Source: Candidatus Bathyarchaeota archaeon
GTDB lineage: Archaea; Thermoproteota; Bathyarchaeia; Bathyarchaeales; Bathycorpusculaceae
DNA length: 64,000 bases
Assembly (NCBI GenBank): GCA_963806535.1
Contig: CAWDYC010000007.1
Span: 333,043-397,042 of the forward strand
Direction of reading: 5' to 3'
In this document: positions 10,747 to 21,278 of the stretch, piece after piece
Numbering within the stretch: position 1 is the first letter of the stretch
Layout of the letters: each line of letters starts with the position of its first letter
Made by a program: the position numbers and the translations under genes
The notes under the pieces: model-generated
Databases searched by the model: none
The model's input: the letters and a program-made list of their open reading frames with translations, nothing else
Told to the model about the DNA's origin: nothing

Positions 10747-10920
10747 CTAACCGTGAAAGAATACTTTGGCCATGACAGAGATGACTATTAATGAAACTGA
10801 AAAGACAACGAGTAATTCAGGTCTAATTTTTACTCCTTCGGTTTCTTCTTCGAAGAACCTAAGCAAACCTGCACTTGCTGCGGGCATTGGACCTGTATCT
10901 TTCTTTTTCTTCCTACTCAC
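10747..10920 (-). CDS. secG: Preprotein translocase subunit Sec61beta (57 aa, not in the ORF track)
   Basis: Manual translation MSRKKKKDTGPMPAASAGLLRFFEEETEGVKIRPELLVVFSVSLIVISVMAKVFFHG, with the AGLLRFF..E..K..P signature and one TM helix. Confidence 0.9.
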   Translation of the reverse strand: MSRKKKKDTGPMPAASAGLLRFFEEETEGVKIRPELLVVFSVSLIVISVMAKVFFHG

Positions 10921-11037
10921 CAATTATCCCTGTCCCTTCATGTATTGTCTGCATTTAATTAATCTTGCGCAGGCAGAAGGCTAAACCATATTTTCATAAA
11001 TCATACCTTAAATGTTTTAACGAATTTTATTTGCTTA

Positions 11038-11346
11038 ATGTTAATTGGTGAGCATATGCAAATCCATGAATTTCAAGAAATGATGCGCCAACTATATTTC
11101 AAAAGAGACTCTGAACGTGGAATAAACGGAACTTTCAATTGGCTAGTTGATGAGGTTGAGGAACTAGGCGAAGAATTACGTAAAGGAACTGACAGGGAAG
11201 CTACCGAGAAAGAATTCGCCGATGTAATTGCGTGGCTTGCCTCTCTCGCCAACATAATGGGAATTGATCTTGAAAAAGCAGCACTCAATAAATACAACCA
11301 TAAATGCCCAAAATGCCAGCATTCACCATGTAAATGTACTTTTTAA
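11038..11346 (+). CDS. MazG-like NTP pyrophosphohydrolase with C-terminal Cys cluster
   Basis: DEVEELGE, EFADVIAWL, CPKCQHSPCKC. Confidence 0.8.
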   Translation: MLIGEHMQIHEFQEMMRQLYFKRDSERGINGTFNWLVDEVEELGEELRKGTDREATEKEFADVIAWLASLANIMGIDLEKAALNKYNHKCPKCQHSPCKCTF

Positions 11347-11591
11347 CTTAGTCGTTTCTGTCCGAACCCTGTAGATACCCAAAAGTAAGGTCTGCTTCCT
11401 TTGCGGTGAACAATATCTTCCTTTTCAAGAAGTCGCAGGTGATGTATTACGACGCTGTAAGATAATGAAGCTTCTTTTGCCATTCTTCCAGCTGATCTTG
11501 GTTGGATGTCGAGAGTATCGAGTATTTTGGTTCTGGCTTTAAGACCGCAATTTACGTTTCTTATATTTTTTAGGTAAGCGTTTGGATGCAA
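11343..11591 (-). CDS. Small winged-helix (ArsR-like) regulator
   Basis: LSYSVVIHHLRLLEKEDIV helix-turn-helix pattern. Confidence 0.7.
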   Translation of the reverse strand: MHPNAYLKNIRNVNCGLKARTKILDTLDIQPRSAGRMAKEASLSYSVVIHHLRLLEKEDIVHRKGSRPYFWVSTGFGQKRLS

Positions 11592-11653
11592 GGCGTCGTT
11601 TATATTTATTCACCAAAAATTAACAAACGTTATAGATTGAAAAGCTTTCGGGC

Positions 11654-14600
11654 TTAAACAAAATCGAAAAGTTTTGATTGCTTTGGCTTTTTGTTATCAA
11701 ACATTGAAGCGATCTCTTCTTTTATTAGATCCATTCTTTGTGTGTAATATTTGGGCAAACCGTAAGTGTCAACAAGCTGCTGCGCGGCGACCAGGTACTT
11801 CTCTATACCGCCACGGTAAACAGTAAGCGTTAACTTTCCACCGCAGAAGGGACATTTTCCTTTAAGGGGTAAGCGACGAAACTTTTTGTTGCACGATTTA
11901 CATCTAAACGCTTGTGTTGAAAAAGCACGAAGGTTACCTGCTATATCTCGGATGAAATGAGTTGTCAAAACTTTTAATGCAACGCGTTTAACGTCTACGG
12001 CGTCAATTCTTGAACCTAACTCTAATTGCATATTCAGTTTTTCTATCATTGATTTGAATTCTTTGTATGCGCTGTTTGCGTTTCCAAGGTTTATGTTTGT
12101 TACTGGAGTAGTATATTGGAAGCCTTCAAACTGAGCTTCAGTTCCAAGCCTATGGCTGATAACATCCATAATTGAGCTTACAGGTTTTGCTTCTCCTTTA
12201 TCCCAAGTTTTTTGGTAAAACTCAAGAGGATAAGTTGCGTCAACATCAAAATCATGGGCTTGTCTTTGCACTTCCTTGGTGTTAACAAATGGAATCAAGA
12301 GTATAGGAGCATCCATAATTCCGCCTATCTGAGCAGGCAAGTAAATATTTGAGAAGTTCAGAAGCGTATCTAACGCCAGCATAATTGCATCTTCATCACC
12401 GTCACAGTCACGACGCTTAGCTGAATGCCATATGGGGTGGGCGTAAATCACGTTACGATCGGTGTAGCCAACTATTCGCCCTAGAATACAAGCACAGGTG
12501 TGAGGTGCTAAACCAAAAACCAAATGGCCAACGAGGTCTTCAGGCGTCTTAACATTGTAGTAAGCTGAAAGCTTGTAAACTCTCACAAGTAAGTCGTCAA
12601 TGAAATCTGCAATCTGAATGAAGTAATCTCCTGCTCGCCATGGAATCACAATGTCTTGAACCTTAAGCTCACAAACTTGATTAGGATCAGTTAAACTTGC
12701 ACCACGTCTGTCAGCGGTGTAGCCTAGCTGCTCTTATCTTTTCAACAGACACTCCAACTTCAACAGGAGTAAAATGTGTTAGGGGAGCGTTCGTAGCGTC
12801 AAAGCGGATCGTGCCGTCTTTGTATACGGATAAATCATATTTTGCCCGCAAAATCCCTTTTTCAATAATTTCCGGAGTCTTGTCCTTGTTAGTTAAACCT
12901 TTGACCCCTCTTAACATTTTTGGAGATGGATAACCAAGGGATTTACAAGCTTCCCCAACAATGTCCTTAAAATTAACTGGTTGCCGCTGGTATTGAACAG
13001 CATCAGTTTTGCATGTAGGGCAACTATTATCTTTCAAAGCTCTTCCACAGCGAGGACAATAATTCTCTTTAACCGTATTACATCCACAATCGGAACATTT
13101 GACCTTTAAAGTGTAATTTTTGCAATTTGGACACTTACGCTTAACCATTTCAACAAAAACAGGACCTTGCTTTGCTGCTTCCAAAAGATCTCTATGCATA
13201 CCGCCCGCAAGATTAACCGGGAAAAGGACGTGAACAGGGGGTCTCATGTCTCGTTTCTTAGCCTTCTCAGGACGTCCCATTCGTCCACCAACATAAGTCG
13301 GTGCTTTATCCTTAACTTGAACGCCCGAAAGCAAATTGACTGCTTCAAGAACATTCGATGCTTTTCCAATGTCTATATTTTTACCATAACCCAGACACAT
13401 TGCCAAAGCGCCTGCAGATTCACCTTCCAACAAAATCTTACCATCGCATAGCCTATGGGGAACAAGAATTTTTCTCAACAATCTCGTAACGTCTTCGTTA
13501 ACATCGCATGAAATTTTACAAACAACATCTTCTTCGGCTAAAACCTCACCGGACGCCAACCATTTTCTCAGCAACTCCACTTCTTTAGGATCACATAAGC
13601 TTGACCAAAAGAATAGGTAACTTGGGTGTAAAGGCACACCTAAACGCGAGCTAAGCAGCACTGCCTCCCTAAACGAAGGTTTATTGATAAAAGGATCAGT
13701 CACAAAACTATTTAACAGCGATAAAGAAATCTGAATATCTTCTGCTGCCTTCCGATAGTCTGAGCCAAAATTTTGTTCAATAGCTCTCTGAAGGTCTTTA
13801 GCCCACCATTCTTCAACGTACCCTGAAGGCGGAAGTGCCTTGTTAGAATAGAGAAAATCGCCAAAACTGATCAGAATGTCTCCAAGAAAAAGGATTTTTT
13901 GAATTTTACCTTTAACTTCACCAAAATTTTCTAAAGTCACTCTAACTACGGAGTTATCCTTTAACAAAACAACAGGTGGCTCAATTGCATCCACTGGAAG
14001 GGTAACGCACCCTTTCCCAGGAAGTTCTAAACGCATCTGTGTTCCTGCTGCCAGAAAATTCTCTAGAACATGCATTGTCGCAGGATGGATACCTACAGCA
14101 GAAAGACCAGTGTTTCTTGATCGACCGTACCTTAACCTAAATCCTCCTCGACGCGATGGAAAAGCAAAGATTGGACGACCTGCAATCACATCATCCATAA
14201 ATCCGCCTGATTTCTTCTCTGATTTCTTTTTGAATTCTCTTAGCCAATCCCAGCCTTGAAAACCGATCTTGTCGATTATAACAAATACTTTTTGCGCTCG
14301 CCCAACGATGCCGTCGTTAACTACTCTTAGTGCGCCTCCTCTAACACGATTTGTTTCCACTCTTGGCAGGTTCCGATATGAGGAGACTTCTACTGGGTCA
14401 GATTCTGTGCCTGTGCATTCAACAGGAATCAGGTTCAGCGCCTTTCTTAATTCTTCGTCAGGAATGTGATATTGAAAACGGCCAACTGACCGTTCATACA
14501 GTCTCAATTCCTCTATAAAACGGGAAACCTCTTCGTCAGTGGGCTTGTATTTATCAAGTCCCAGCTGTCTACGAACAAAATCGCCAACAACCAAAGTTAG

Positions 14601-15059
14601 CGCTTGATCTGTTCCGCCTGCCGACCTGATTGGTCCTGCAAAATATATGGCTAAATAACGCGTCTTATCTGAGTTAGTTTTTATTTTTACTTCAGCTATC
14701 CCTTGTATCGGGGCGGCAGTTAACCCTTCAGTAAAAATTGCAAGCGCTGTTCGAATCGCTTGTTCTGCAGCCCTTTCAGGGTCCATGCTACCGAATTTTC
14801 CTAAAACAATTTCCTCTGCAACTTTAAATGCGATTTCTTCTCGTTGAATCTTGGGGCTTAATTCTCTGATGCTAAGCGCAACTTTTTTTGGACCAACTAA
14901 TCCTTCCACTAAATCAGCAATGTCCTGCGCGACGATGCATTCTGTTTTTAATGAGGGGTCTAAACCTTGAGACCTGGCGCTGTCGCTTATAGCGTATAGT
15001 TGCTCCAGTGTTTTTTCCAATGTTTCAATGTAGTTTTGATAGCCTTTGCTAATGTTCAC
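11654..15059 (-). CDS. polC: DNA polymerase D large subunit DP2, one frameshift near 12715
   Basis: GPIRSAGGT, FRLRYGRSRN, Zn clusters, catalytic RRDCDGDED, C-terminal PIP-like QSKLFDF; no intein seen. Confidence 0.95.
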
Positions 15060-15146
15060 AGTGCAGTGTCCCTTCGCAAGATATAGAATAATGGGTTATT
15101 TTGGCTTTCTAAAAACCACATAGAAAAGTCAATCACAAACTAGTAG

Positions 15147-15899
15147 CTAAACTTTAACGCCTTTGATGGCACCGATGATTTCAGAAATCCTTTGATTAGC
15201 ATCGCATGTTTCAGTAACATTACCGGTAACGATTATGTCTGCTCCGGCTGAAGCAGCTGACGCTGCTTGCTCCTTAGTTCGTATTCCTCCACCTACAATG
15301 AGAGGTATTTCAAGCAAATGCTTGACAGTACGAATCATTTCAGGGGGCACAGGATTCGCTGCGCCAGATCCACCTTCAAGATAAATGAAGCGCATCCCAA
15401 GGTATTGGCCTGCAAGAGCATGAGCAGCTGCAAGTTCAGGTTTATTATACGGCACTGAAATGGCTTTGCCGACAATACCAGCGGTGCCACCATCGCCCAC
15501 TATTACATAGCCCATAGAAATAGGTTCTAAATGATATTTTTTTACTAGTGGAGCCCCAAGAATCTGGGCTCCCATCAGAAAGTAAGGATCTACTGAATTA
15601 AGAAGAGACATAAACCATATGGCATCGGCATAACTGCTTATGCCTGTAATGTTATTGGGAAAAAGTATTGTGGGAAGTTTTACAGAGGCCTTAATGGATT
15701 TTACAACGTCATCAAGGTGAGCTTGAGAAGCAAAAGTTGAGCCTCCAATCATTATCGCAGCGGTTCCGCTATTTCGGGAACTTTCAGCAATATTAGCAGC
15801 CTGTTGAACCGTAACTTTTTCTGGATCAATGAGGGTTATATGGATTGAGCCTTCAGCTTTTATTTTTTCAAGTAAGTATTTTTCGATCGGCCCTAGCAT
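15147..15899 (-). CDS. Geranylgeranylglyceryl phosphate synthase
   Basis: LIDPEK, IMIGGS, YLEGGSGA, VGGGIR, IVTGN. Confidence 0.9.
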   Translation of the reverse strand: MLGPIEKYLLEKIKAEGSIHITLIDPEKVTVQQAANIAESSRNSGTAAIMIGGSTFASQAHLDDVVKSIKASVKLPTILFPNNITGISSYADAIWFMSLLNSVDPYFLMGAQILGAPLVKKYHLEPISMGYVIVGDGGTAGIVGKAISVPYNKPELAAAHALAGQYLGMRFIYLEGGSGAANPVPPEMIRTVKHLLEIPLIVGGGIRTKEQAASAASAGADIIVTGNVTETCDANQRISEIIGAIKGVKV

Positions 15900-15914
15900 G
15901 CAATAATCCTTCGA

Positions 15915-16181
15915 TTATTCTTTTTTAACAGATGTCACTGGAGTCCTTTTTGTAGAACCATAAACCCGATCAGTCAACATGCAATAAACGTCAACTTCGC
16001 CTTGCGCATGTTTAATTGGAAATTCCTCTTTAAGACCACAGCTGCTGCATTGTGCAACGGCATGACTGTCTTCCCGGGTAATTTCAACTTTAACAGTTTC
16101 TTTTCCGCAGGTCGGGCATGAGAAGAACTTAGGTAAACGTTTCTTAGGAATATGAACTACTTTTTTCCTTCTTCGCCCCAA
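15915..16181 (-). CDS. elf1: Transcription elongation factor Elf1
   Basis: MGRRRKK..LPKFFSCPTCG..CSSCG..VDVY Zn ribbon. Confidence 0.9.
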   Translation of the reverse strand: MGRRRKKVVHIPKKRLPKFFSCPTCGKETVKVEITREDSHAVAQCSSCGLKEEFPIKHAQGEVDVYCMLTDRVYGSTKRTPVTSVKKE

Positions 16182-16285
16182 ATATAACAGCCTTCTAAAT
16201 TGGTGATAATGTTCATTTAATATTTATCCTTGTCCTTAAATACTTGCCTACAAACTCAACAATGTGAGGCTGCGTGACCAACTAA

Positions 16286-17128
16286 GTGAAATTAACGACT
16301 TCAAGCTTAGACATAGATTTTTCAGAAGCCGAAAAAAGAATTTCCAGATTCATTAAAGAATACGTTGAAAACGCTGGAGCCAAAGGAATCGTACTTGGGC
16401 TGTCTGGCGGAATTGACAGTGGTACAATAGCAGCGCTTTCAAGTCGTGCAATAGGCGGCGACAAGGTGCTTGGGCTCATGCTACCTGAAGAGGAAAACTT
16501 CAGCCAAAACGACATCAACGACGCAAAAATAGTTGCAGAAAAGTTTGATTTGCAAACACAGATTTGTGACATGTCAGACGTCTTAGGATGCCTGTACAAG
16601 GCGATACCCGTCTTTGATCAAAAAGATAGGGTTTGCAAAGGCAATCTAAAGGCAAGAACAAGAATGATTTACCTTTACTATTATGCTAACAAGTTTAACA
16701 GAATGGTTTGCGGCAGTTCCGATAAATCTGAAACGATGATGGGGTATTTCACCAAATGGGGAGATGCTGCAGCGGACCTAACGCCAATTATGGACTTATA
16801 CAAAACGCAAGTTCGAAAACTGGCAATTCATTTGGGTATCCCGAAGGAGCTTGCCTTAAAACCATCCACTCCAGCCCTTTGGCCTGCTCAGTTCGCAGAG
16901 ACAGAACTTGGAATCAAGTATGAAACGTTAGATCTTATTCTTTATGGGCTTGAGAAGTTTATGACGACTGATGAAATTGCGGATCAGCTGAGCATTCAGA
17001 AGCCTATTGTTACTGTTGTGAAGAGCAGATGGCTTGCAAATGAACACAAGCGAAGAATGCCATTAGCCCCGAAAATTGGGTATAGAACAGTAGGAAACGA
17101 TTTTAGACTTCCAAGACATAGCTATTGA
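16286..17128 (+). CDS. nadE: NAD+ synthetase (single-domain)
   Basis: GLSGGIDS, GNLKARTR, GYFTKWGD. Confidence 0.95.
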   Translation: MKLTTSSLDIDFSEAEKRISRFIKEYVENAGAKGIVLGLSGGIDSGTIAALSSRAIGGDKVLGLMLPEEENFSQNDINDAKIVAEKFDLQTQICDMSDVLGCLYKAIPVFDQKDRVCKGNLKARTRMIYLYYYANKFNRMVCGSSDKSETMMGYFTKWGDAAADLTPIMDLYKTQVRKLAIHLGIPKELALKPSTPALWPAQFAETELGIKYETLDLILYGLEKFMTTDEIADQLSIQKPIVTVVKSRWLANEHKRRMPLAPKIGYRTVGNDFRLPRHSY

Positions 17129-17141
17129 ACGTGGAAACCAC

Positions 17142-17975
17142 ATGAAAAACAAAATTAGACTCGCCCTTGCTCAAATAAGCAGTAGACGAGAAAACAAAGA
17201 AGTAAATTTCCAGAAAATTGAGGAATTGACTTTAAGGGCAAAAGAGCAAGGTGCCGATCTTGCAATCTTTCCTGAGCTTTCACTGTCTGGATACGTGGTT
17301 AGAGATCAATTGTATGAGTTAGCGGAGACTATTCCAGGGCCAACCGTTGAGAAAGTGGAGAAGTTGGCAAAGGAAGCGGGCATGCACGTTATTTTTGGTA
17401 TGCCAGAGTTAAGCGAGAAAACACAGGCAACGATTTTTAACACCGCTGTTTTAGTTGGTCCAAAAGGGTTAATCGGTAAATACCGCAAAATGTATTTGCC
17501 AACTCACAGTGTTTTTGAAGAAAAAAGGTATTTCCGTCCAGGTTACCAGTCAGCATCGTTTCAAACAGATTTGGGTAATATCGGTTTATGCATTTGCTAT
17601 GACATTTTCTTTCCAGAAGTCATCAGACTCACCCGGTTGAAAGGAGCACAATTAATCGTGTGCATATCAGCATCTCCAGCAGTGCGCCGAAGCTATTTTG
17701 AAACATTAACTTGCGCTAGAGCAATTGAAAATACAGCTTACGTTGCTTACGTTAACCTTGCGGGAGTTCAAGATGGGTTGCAGTTTTGGGGAGGAAGCAG
17801 GTTAGTTAGTCCATCTGGAGATATTCTTGTTAAAGCCAAATATGATGAAGAAGACTTTGTCATTTGTGACATAGATTATGCGGACCTACGTTCTGCGGAA
17901 ACATTCATTCCCACATTGAAAGATTTACGACCAGAACTGTTCGATAAACTAAGAGAGTATTCAGAACTTCTTTGA
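17142..17975 (+). CDS. Carbon-nitrogen hydrolase (nitrilase superfamily)
   Basis: E-K-C triad in IFPE, YRK and ICYD. Confidence 0.9.
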   Translation: MKNKIRLALAQISSRRENKEVNFQKIEELTLRAKEQGADLAIFPELSLSGYVVRDQLYELAETIPGPTVEKVEKLAKEAGMHVIFGMPELSEKTQATIFNTAVLVGPKGLIGKYRKMYLPTHSVFEEKRYFRPGYQSASFQTDLGNIGLCICYDIFFPEVIRLTRLKGAQLIVCISASPAVRRSYFETLTCARAIENTAYVAYVNLAGVQDGLQFWGGSRLVSPSGDILVKAKYDEEDFVICDIDYADLRSAETFIPTLKDLRPELFDKLREYSELL

Positions 17976-17998
17976 ACTTGCGCTAAAGAGTATTTCAT

Positions 17999-18095
17999 AT
18001 CACAAAAGCATCACAGCCTCATCACAAGCTGTGATATCAAAAGCCTTTTAACCATAAATCACCGTGATTTTAATGTGATTGGTGACGTCACAAAT
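17999..18095. repeat. TCAC array 1: nine RTCAC/GTGAY half-sites including the GTGACGTCAC palindrome
   Basis: ATCAC at 17999, 18010, 18021 (11-bp spacing) and 18058; GTGAT at 18031, 18064, 18075; GTGACGTCAC at 18082-18091. Confidence 0.8.
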
Positions 18096-18492
18096 TGTTT
18101 TCGTAAGCCGTTTCCTTTAATCTATTGTCAGGAAACATGAAACCTAAAAGACATAAACACCAAATAAATGTGTTTTAGAAAGTATATTGTTTCAAAACTA
18201 CCGAAATATAGACAAGTGTAGCTTTGAGAAGACGGTTGAAACTGTATTGTTTGTGTAAAATTAATAAGAAAGCTCAAGGCAAAGATCCAAGAATTTTGCT
18301 CTTTATATGTTAACTGCACATTATCACCGTTTAAAAGCCAAAAAAGCCTCTCATTTGCCGCATTTTCCCATTTTGCGTTGTATTTACTTAGTTAATAATG
18401 GCTAAATCTTAAATTGCCACTTGGATAAACCTTAAAAAGTCGACTCAGTATACAAAAGTGTATTCATTCAGGTATACGGAGAAACGGAAGAT

Positions 18493-18972
18493 TTGAAGCT
18501 CAAAGATGGCGTACAGGCATGGCTAAATGGAGCATTAAACGACCCCATTGTCAAAATACTTGCTAAAAACAGCCAATTAACAAAAACACAACTTGAAACA
18601 CTACTAATAGACATTTTAGCCGAAAATATTGCGGGAAAACAGCTAAAATACGATGAAAAAGCCAATTTACGACTAACTAAGGCTAAAATAAGCCGCGGAG
18701 CATTTAATAGGACACTAAAACAGTCCAAAGAAAACGTCATAAAATCGATATATACGGTTCTACTTTTAGGCTATTTAGGGGTGTTTGAAAGCACAACTCT
18801 CGATCCCTATCTCGAAATAGCCAATAAACTGCACGAATATGTAGACGCACACCAAGACACACCAAACAAGGAAGAGGAACTAAAAGACCATCTAAAAGTA
18901 ATAGAAATCATCCGCCAAGAGCTTGAAACAAGCCTAAAACGCCTTTCTAACCCATCAGAAGAGGTCTTGTGA
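18493..18972 (+). CDS. Uncharacterised protein with HTH-like segment
   Basis: LTKTQLETL...YDEKANLR..KISRGAFNRTLKQS resembles an HTH; clean 159-aa ORF. Confidence 0.6.
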   Translation: MKLKDGVQAWLNGALNDPIVKILAKNSQLTKTQLETLLIDILAENIAGKQLKYDEKANLRLTKAKISRGAFNRTLKQSKENVIKSIYTVLLLGYLGVFESTTLDPYLEIANKLHEYVDAHQDTPNKEEELKDHLKVIEIIRQELETSLKRLSNPSEEVL

Positions 18973-19264
18973 CGTCACAAATCACAGCGATTAACGAAAG
19001 TAATCGCCTTCAAAAGATAGTTGCATTAATCGACATAAAAACATTATTTTCAAGCCCCAAACGGCAAAATAAGATTGAATTATGCCTCTATTAATCATGT
19101 TAAACAAGAGCTTAAGAGGAATGAAAATTCTGTGACGTGTGATATCATGGTTAACGTGATTTGACATCACCACAATCCTTAAAAAGTCCATGGATAACTG
19201 TGATGTGTGATGCAACCAACTAAATCACGTATAATCACATTAAGATCACAGAGGGCAAAATCAC
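18967..19264. repeat. TCAC arrays 2 and 3
   Basis: TTGTGACGTCACAA palindrome at 18967-18980 and ATCAC at 18981; ten further half-sites in 19132-19264 (ATCAC 19166, 19224, 19234, 19245, 19260; GTGAY 19132, 19139, 19156, 19200, 19207). Confidence 0.8.
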
Positions 19265-19991
19265 GGTCGATTTTGTAACTGTTCTCTTAGGCGTTTTGCT
19301 TGTTGCGACGGTAACTGCATCAGTTGAATATTACAGGCAGGTACGTAAGGCACAGAAAGAGTATGAGAAAGCCAAGGATATTGTAGAAGATATTGTTCTT
19401 AGTTTTGACCGGGAACTCAAACGTGAAGCCGACAAATTAGATAATATTGCTTTCAAAATTGAGGGAAATTTCGCCAAAGCAGATACCAGCCTAAAAAAAG
19501 TAGACATCTTAGAGAAAAAAATAATTCCATTAGAAAATCAAATTAGCAATATGTCGCAAATTAATTCTCAAAGCAATACAAATATCCTGTCAGGATTAAC
19601 TGGTTTGGAATCGAAAATCAAAAATATAGAAACCTCACAAGAAACAATAAAAGTAAAAATTGCCAGTTTCGAAGAACAAATCCAAAAGTTTACTACCTCC
19701 CCAGAAATTAGAGCTGAACCCGTTATGCCAATTAGACGTGACAAGGCAATGGCAACATTAACCGATACAGAAATTGCAGTGCTGGAAATGTTATCTTCAG
19801 AAGGCCCTAAGACAGCGCCCGAAATCAAAGAAAAAGTACACCTCAGCAGAGAACATACAGCTAGGCTAATGAAGAAACTCTATGAAGAAGGCTACCTGGA
19901 GAGGGAAATAGGTAAAATACCGTTCAGCTACAGCATCAAAAAAGAAATGGAAAAATTGCTGAAGAAACCCGAAAACATCCAACCCACATAA
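19263..19991 (+). CDS. Putative membrane-anchored coiled-coil protein with C-terminal winged HTH
   Basis: The frame is open upstream of TTG 19296 and gives a hydrophobic VDFVTVLLGVLLVATVTASV segment; heptad-rich middle; LTDTEIAVLEML..TAPEIKEKVHLSREHTARLMKKLYEEGYLER wHTH; start codon uncertain. Confidence 0.7.
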   Translation, partial: TVDFVTVLLGVLLVATVTASVEYYRQVRKAQKEYEKAKDIVEDIVLSFDRELKREADKLDNIAFKIEGNFAKADTSLKKVDILEKKIIPLENQISNMSQINSQSNTNILSGLTGLESKIKNIETSQETIKVKIASFEEQIQKFTTSPEIRAEPVMPIRRDKAMATLTDTEIAVLEMLSSEGPKTAPEIKEKVHLSREHTARLMKKLYEEGYLEREIGKIPFSYSIKKEMEKLLKKPENIQPT

Positions 19992-20046
19992 TTTTTTAAA
20001 CTAATTATTAACACGTAGTTCAGTGTCTGACAGTTAGCAATTTATG

Positions 20047-20478
20047 TTACTTCATCCGCTGCTTCAAAGTGGCTTGAGGAATATTTGGCGCAGTTTTGTA
20101 CTTCAAATTGTTAGACCCCCCAGTTCTTAGAAGCATGCCTTTGCTTGCCATCCTTGAAAGATAGGTAGAAACTGTACTAAGACTAACTGGCTCTTTTAGC
20201 TCCTGTTCATAGACCGATTGAATTTCTTTTGAAGAAAACCAAATCAACGGAAAACTCTTTTGAACTACCAGTTGAACTTTTTCAAAACGTGAAAGAACCC
20301 GACTGGGCAAGGAAGCGCCTGCATTTACTGCAGGACCCTCACTTGGTGCACCGCCTAACAACTCTACAAGATCTAAGAGGCGAAGAGCTTTGTCTCGGGT
20401 TACTTGACCCTCGAAAGCAATAGTATATCGATTACCATCGCTATCGAACAGCTCCACACGCATCTTACGAGCTGGCAT
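20047..20478 (-). CDS. Uncharacterised protein with C-terminal winged HTH
   Basis: FSSKEIQSVYEQELKEPVSLSTVSTYLSRMASKGML wHTH pattern. Confidence 0.7.
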   Translation of the reverse strand: MPARKMRVELFDSDGNRYTIAFEGQVTRDKALRLLDLVELLGGAPSEGPAVNAGASLPSRVLSRFEKVQLVVQKSFPLIWFSSKEIQSVYEQELKEPVSLSTVSTYLSRMASKGMLLRTGGSNNLKYKTAPNIPQATLKQRMK

Positions 20479-20672
20479 TAGGTGTACACCTTAAGGTTCA
20501 CAGCTTTACACTTCACAACTTATAGCTGTTATGGTGAAACAGGGTAACATAAAAAATGAAAATAGTGCTTGTTTTAGTAAAATGATTGAAAATTTCAGTC
20601 TATTCAGCATAACCAACTTCACAATAAATCAGAATGTCTAAAGAACTAAAGTTCTGTGTTTGGTTTCAGTTC

Positions 20673-21270
20673 TCCAGTAGAAGCGGAGGGGTGTGTTGTT
20701 CACAGTAAACTGACAAGAAATAGGTAATCTTTGAGTAAAGGAAGGTGATTAAGCAACAAAATTAATGCTATTTCACATGTATTCACAATTTTGTGAACGA
20801 AAAAACAGAAAAACTCTGTGGCAAAAACTTAAAGATTGACGATCAGAAGAAAAAGCAAATACTTACGGTAAAAAACTACTGAGTTACCACTTATTTACCA
20901 TGGGAACAATGCTTGCAGAGGCACCCCTATGTTTCCTCTCGAAGTTTTGAGAGCAAAAAGAAGTCAAGAAATCTCTTAAAAAAATTTTGAAGAATTTTTA
21001 TCTAAAAAATTGGATGACAATTATTAATATACAAAATATTTACTTAACAACCAGAGTATAGTTACTAAATAATAATATATAATGTCTTTTCTGTTATTGG
21101 CTATTTTTTTCCAGTAGAAGCTTTGGGGTGTGTCTTGCTCTCTGTTTAGTTGGTTGTTATCTGATTTTTCCATGTTTTTTTAAGAATATTGTGCTATAGA
21201 ACCAGTTTTTTGTACTGTATCCTTTATCTTCTCCACACGAAATAACGGTTCTACCTCTGAAAATGAGGGG
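20673..21270. other. Chromosomal replication origin (oriC) with ORB elements and an AT-rich tract
   Basis: ORBs TCCAGTAGAAGCGGAGGGGT at 20673-20692 (+), TTCGAGAGGAAACATAGGGGT at 20923-20943 (-), TTCCAGTAGAAGCTTTGGGGT at 21109-21129 (+); weaker boxes at 21232 and 21254; AT-rich 20950-21108; directly upstream of cdc6. Confidence 0.85.
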
Positions 21271-21278
21271 ATGAGAAA

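Noticed and set aside
10766-10984. 72-aa plus-strand ORF
   Set aside because: It is the antisense shadow of the Sec61beta gene
12649-12730. Naturally split DP2 or an intein
   Set aside because: The two ORFs join by a simple frameshift with continuous DP2 sequence and no intein motifs
17999-19264. CRISPR array
   Set aside because: Repeats are 5-14 bp without regular 30-40 bp spacers, and no cas genes are present
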